From: an uncultured virus (IMG/VR IMGVR_UViG_3300002231_004964)
Lineage: Duplodnaviria > Heunggongvirae > Uroviricota > Caudoviricetes
Strand: one strand, 5' to 3'
Length of the DNA: 64,000 bases
Virus record (IMG/VR): IMGVR_UViG_3300002231_004964
Part shown: positions 60,685-64,000 of the stretch, in pieces
Numbering within the stretch: the first letter of the stretch is position 1
How the letters are laid out: every line of letters begins with the position of its first letter
Made by a program: the position numbers and the translations under genes
Notes under the pieces: generated by a model
The model's input: only the letters and a program-made list of their open reading frames with translations
Told to the model about the DNA's origin: nothing
Databases searched by the model: none

Positions 60685-62775
60685 TCACTCGTAATCGCGA
60701 ATGGCCACGCCGACAGGGAATCTAGGCACTCCATCGTCCGTCAATTCAAAGAATTTGACCGTTAGCATTTTACCAATGTAATCGGAACCATTTTCGAAAT
60801 ACGCTCGACGAACTTCTCGTGTTCCTTCGGGTCGAACTCGGAATTCTTGACCTGCNTCGGTTTTAACAATCCAAACNACAGTNCCTTGGTCGTTACCACT
60901 GGCTTCATCAAAGCCAATGATTTCATATTCGGCATCTTGGAACGTCTTGAACTTTTGCAAATGCTTAGAACGCTTGTTTAAGTCGTAAGTTCCTTGCAAG
61001 TTGCGAATCATGACGCCTTCGAAATCTTCGTCTCCTGTAAATTGTTGATGCAAAGCACCTAAATCGGCAGGACCTCGGAGAGGGAAATTCTCGGTCAAAA
61101 CAAGATTGCCCATGCGTCGCCCTGTCGCAGACGTACTCGAAGGAAATAAAGCCGCCAATTTCGAGTATCGGTCTAAGAAAGTAGCCTTGGGTTCGTCAAG
61201 TAAAATGGCATCATACAAACGATAATCAATTTGCTTCATTTTATCTTCATCGCTGATAATATGAACGGTTTCCGTCATCGGCTTTCCTGTTTCAGGGTCT
61301 AAGCGACCATCATTAGTCGGTACTTCTTCATCCCTCGCAGGTTTCAAAGTCTCTCTTCGAACCAATCCAGTTGCTTCTTGAAATGTTAACGAGTCCGAGT
61401 AAACTTCTCCATCAAGCACCATATTCGGTTCAATGTTCAAAGCCTTGATTTGGTCACGCAAATGCTCGAGATGAGGGAAATCCTTACCTTTTCGAGTCAT
61501 GAGACGAACGGAGCCATCAGCCTGTGTAATCGCCAAACAACGGACACCATCAAACTTTCTTTGGGCGACGGCAGGATACTGAATATCATGACTTCGCTTT
61601 TCGAAATTGTGAGCCAACATCGGCAAGACGACAAGATTATTCAAGGCTTCTTCCTTCGTTAGGAAATAACCTTCATCTTGCTTCTTTTTGAATTTAGAAT
61701 CGGCTTCGAGTTCTGCTTGTTCAAGAGCCGTTCGATTAACCTTTCCTTCGGTAATCAACTTGCCACGACCTTGCGTGATAGCACCATCAACCTTTCCACT
61801 AGCCGTAGTGAGGAGATATCCTCCTTCTTCTTGCGGCAACAGCAAAACTTGCCATTGTTGTAGTGTTCCTGTTGCGGTTTTCTTGTAAATTACGGGGTAT
61901 TGCTTCACTTGCTTCACTTCCTCTGCTTGGAACGTAGTCGTTACTTGGTTATAACGGTTTCGCAAACATGTGCGTGTTTCTGTTAATAATTGTTCTAATT
62001 CGATAGTCGTCAAACCATACGAAGAATCCCGCTCCCAGGAAGATTCAATGTCATCGTAGATGCGAGAACGTAAGAAAGAATCTTCAGGGCTATCAAGGCG
62101 ACAAGCATCTAATTGCAAAGAATTGCTTTTCGCCCATAATTCACCCTGTAATTCACCCCGAGGTTCTACCCAATAAACATCACAATCGAAAATATACATC
62201 AAATATATATCATACTTTTTAACGAAACCGAAATTCTCAACTCGTAAATCAGATACGATGACAGGCAACCGCGTCATAACATCACGCCGAAATGGTTGAA
62301 AAATAGGGTCAAGATTAGTTTCAGGTCGTTCCCATAAAACCGCATCCCATTCCGTAGGTAAGGCAGGGATTTGATAAACTAAGTAATTCCAACGTCGTAT
62401 ATCAGTAGACGTCGAATTTAGTAATTCATCAAGGCGATTCATCGGTCGAATTGTGGCCATGTCGAAATGACCGCTCATTCGGTTTAGACCCATGAAAAAT
62501 TCTTCATCATCAATCGCTCCTGTTTCCAAACGAGTTATCGGAATAAAATTTTGTAACGGGACACTGCGCTGTTGAAATTTAAACGCTTCTTCTAAAAATA
62601 ACGCCGTGGCTAAATTTCGACAATCCGAAAGCGTAAAATCACCAGTTTCATGAGCAGGCCAACAAAGTAATTTTAGATAATATTTATCATCCTCGAAAAA
62701 GGTAGTGATTTGAGTACTCCCTGTAGTATTGACGACATATTTAACATCATTTGTAAACAACTTATCGAGCAACAT
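60685..62775 (-). CDS. lig: ATP-dependent DNA ligase with unknown N-terminal extension of about 280 aa
   Basis: KFDGVR, LDGEVY, YRLYD, EGVMIR, LQKFK, PRFPV; WGR-like domain precedes the ligase core. Confidence 0.9.
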   Translation of the reverse strand: MLLDKLFTNDVKYVVNTTGSTQITTFFEDDKYYLKLLCWPAHETGDFTLSDCRNLATALFLEEAFKFQQRSVPLQNFIPITRLETGAIDDEEFFMGLNRMSGHFDMATIRPMNRLDELLNSTSTDIRRWNYLVYQIPALPTEWDAVLWERPETNLDPIFQPFRRDVMTRLPVIVSDLRVENFGFVKKYDIYLMYIFDCDVYWVEPRGELQGELWAKSNSLQLDACRLDSPEDSFLRSRIYDDIESSWERDSSYGLTTIELEQLLTETRTCLRNRYNQVTTTFQAEEVKQVKQYPVIYKKTATGTLQQWQVLLLPQEEGGYLLTTASGKVDGAITQGRGKLITEGKVNRTALEQAELEADSKFKKKQDEGYFLTKEEALNNLVVLPMLAHNFEKRSHDIQYPAVAQRKFDGVRCLAITQADGSVRLMTRKGKDFPHLEHLRDQIKALNIEPNMVLDGEVYSDSLTFQEATGLVRRETLKPARDEEVPTNDGRLDPETGKPMTETVHIISDEDKMKQIDYRLYDAILLDEPKATFLDRYSKLAALFPSSTSATGRRMGNLVLTENFPLRGPADLGALHQQFTGDEDFEGVMIRNLQGTYDLNKRSKHLQKFKTFQDAEYEIIGFDEASGNDQXTXVWIVKTXAGQEFRVRPEGTREVRRAYFENGSDYIGKMLTVKFFELTDDGVPRFPVGVAIRDYE

Positions 62776-62800
62776 ACTTTAACACACCTTTGACAACTAT

Positions 62801-64000
62801 TTAAATTCTTTCATGAGGAAACCAAATCCCAACGCCGCCTGCTTCGCGCCATTCAGCGATTGTACCCGCGTGGTCATCGAGTAAAACGTCACCTGGTTGA
62901 CAGTAATCAACCTTTTGCTGTCGAGGTACGACAATTACTTCAACATCAAGGCCTAAACGGTCTCGCACCCAAGCCCGTTTATCTTCTATCGAATAATCAT
63001 TCGTACCTCCAATAGGAGCGGATAAGAATGAAAATGGACGTCCACTAGCAATGATTTCGTCTAAAACGTCACGATTTATAACTTCTAAATTGTAAAAGAA
63101 ATCGGGCTCGGAGGCGATTTTATACAACATACGGTCGATAACTTTCTTTTTAATAGGGTCATGAGATAATGATAAATCAAAATCCCGTTCAGTAACAGAT
63201 GTAATTCCTAATTCCTTAGCCTTCCTCGCCGCCCGACGCAAACTTTTCGAGGAAATTTCGGATACATCTTGAACATGCAACACATCATTAACTCGTTGAG
63301 TGATAGCCCCTGCGAAATCCGCAAAACATCCATCCATATCTAAGTAAAGGTGAGGTTCGTCTACGGTTTCGGCGATGTAAGTCGTTGGCTTCATGATGAT
63401 TTCGAATTCAGGTTTCTCTAAGAAAAACAAACAAGAAATTAAGGTAGCAAACCAATCGATGTCTTCGACAGGAACGTCTTTTTCAATGAGGTAATCTTTT
63501 TGAGAACGCGCCCCATCCCATTCATATGTCCAAGTGTAAATTTCGGGATGAAGTGACCAATGTGAACCGTAAGTAAATTGATATTTATTCCGAGAAAGCG
63601 TTCGACCAGGAACGGCATCATTACGGACAGATATCCAACGATAGGCTTTTAAACTGAAATCATTAAATTGACTCGTGATAATTTCATTCAATTGTTTGCT
63701 TCCATAGGTAGTCGAAGTTAGTCTAGAATTCATCCATTGAATCCAACGTAAAACCGCGTAATAGAAGAAATAATTTATCGTGCCATTAGTTTGGAAATCT
63801 TCAATAATTCTCGAAACGACAACGAGTTCTTCATCATAATCATCAAAAAATTCATCAAAATCATTAATATATTCCTCAATGAGTATTTCATCTAAACTAC
63901 CTCCTATAAAATTAGGCTCGGTAATTTTAAAAGCGACGGCGCTAAGAGTGTGATAGACCTCAATTGCCTTTTGAAATTCAGTAGTAGATACCTCTCTAAA
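62801..64000 (-). CDS. 5'-partial fusion: ART-like domain plus HAD 5'(3')-deoxyribonucleotidase
   Basis: Frame open from the window end; LYLDMDGCFADF, LSAP, K..W, LLDD; upstream AYR..HWS..EFE. Confidence 0.8.
   Translation of the reverse strand, partial: FREVSTTEFQKAIEVYHTLSAVAFKITEPNFIGGSLDEILIEEYINDFDEFFDDYDEELVVVSRIIEDFQTNGTINYFFYYAVLRWIQWMNSRLTSTTYGSKQLNEIITSQFNDFSLKAYRWISVRNDAVPGRTLSRNKYQFTYGSHWSLHPEIYTWTYEWDGARSQKDYLIEKDVPVEDIDWFATLISCLFFLEKPEFEIIMKPTTYIAETVDEPHLYLDMDGCFADFAGAITQRVNDVLHVQDVSEISSKSLRRAARKAKELGITSVTERDFDLSLSHDPIKKKVIDRMLYKIASEPDFFYNLEVINRDVLDEIIASGRPFSFLSAPIGGTNDYSIEDKRAWVRDRLGLDVEVIVVPRQQKVDYCQPGDVLLDDHAGTIAEWREAGGVGIWFPHERI

Larger units (their letters stand above)
1..64000. 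mobile_element. Segment of a large archaeal virus genome (probable host marine Thermoplasmatota/Poseidoniales); possibly tail-less and membrane-containing
   Basis: Mostly orphan ORFs on one strand; no host operon context; paralogous structural-like clusters; isolated auxiliary genes (GluRS, sufB, arsA, Nei, ligase); archaeal promoters and RBSs. Confidence 0.8.

Noticed and set aside
955..61888. Numerous short plus-strand ORFs in the track
   Set aside because: Antisense shadows of minus-strand genes without promoter or RBS; only 52135, 59100, 59741 and 60533 accepted
1..64000. Cellular chromosome or tailed-virus head-tail module
   Set aside because: Housekeeping-like genes are isolated or altered among orphans; no terminase, portal, HK97 capsid or tape measure recognised, though they could lie outside the window

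Overview
Densely coding 64-kb segment, almost entirely on the minus strand, that reads as part of a large archaeal virus genome. The likely host is a marine Thermoplasmatota (Poseidoniales/Marine Group II), inferred from an archaeal-type GluRS, archaeal TATA promoters with GGAGGTG/AGGTGA RBSs, SufB and a D-rich Ca-binding repeat protein. Most genes are orphans, many transcribed leaderless from a CTTTAAGTA/CTTTAAATA box 22 nt upstream of ATG. The window has a four-gene and a two/three-gene family of beta-rich paralogues (candidate single-jelly-roll capsid proteins), a membrane-anchored HerA/FtsK ATPase and many small membrane proteins. It also has an AAA ATPase, two GT2 glycosyltransferases, an ArsA/Get3 ATPase, a GluRS lacking its anticodon domain, SufB, a Fpg/Nei glycosylase, a Holliday-junction-resolvase-like nuclease, an ATP-dependent DNA ligase and a HAD nucleotidase. 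No terminase, portal or HK97 gene and no DNA polymerase were recognised. The most striking pattern is a recurring peptide motif, (F/Y/K/L/R)-x-A-E-(T/S), e.g. AETFEAP. It occurs in more than 20 unrelated proteins, sits at domain junctions of fusion proteins and often accompanies C-terminal membrane anchors. This suggests a protease-processed, tail-anchored virion cargo system, possibly served by the encoded Get3-like ATPase. About 20 apparent frameshifts, together with N bases, are probably sequencing errors; genes were re-joined where the sequence supports it. All family assignments come from motif recognition by eye, not database searches.
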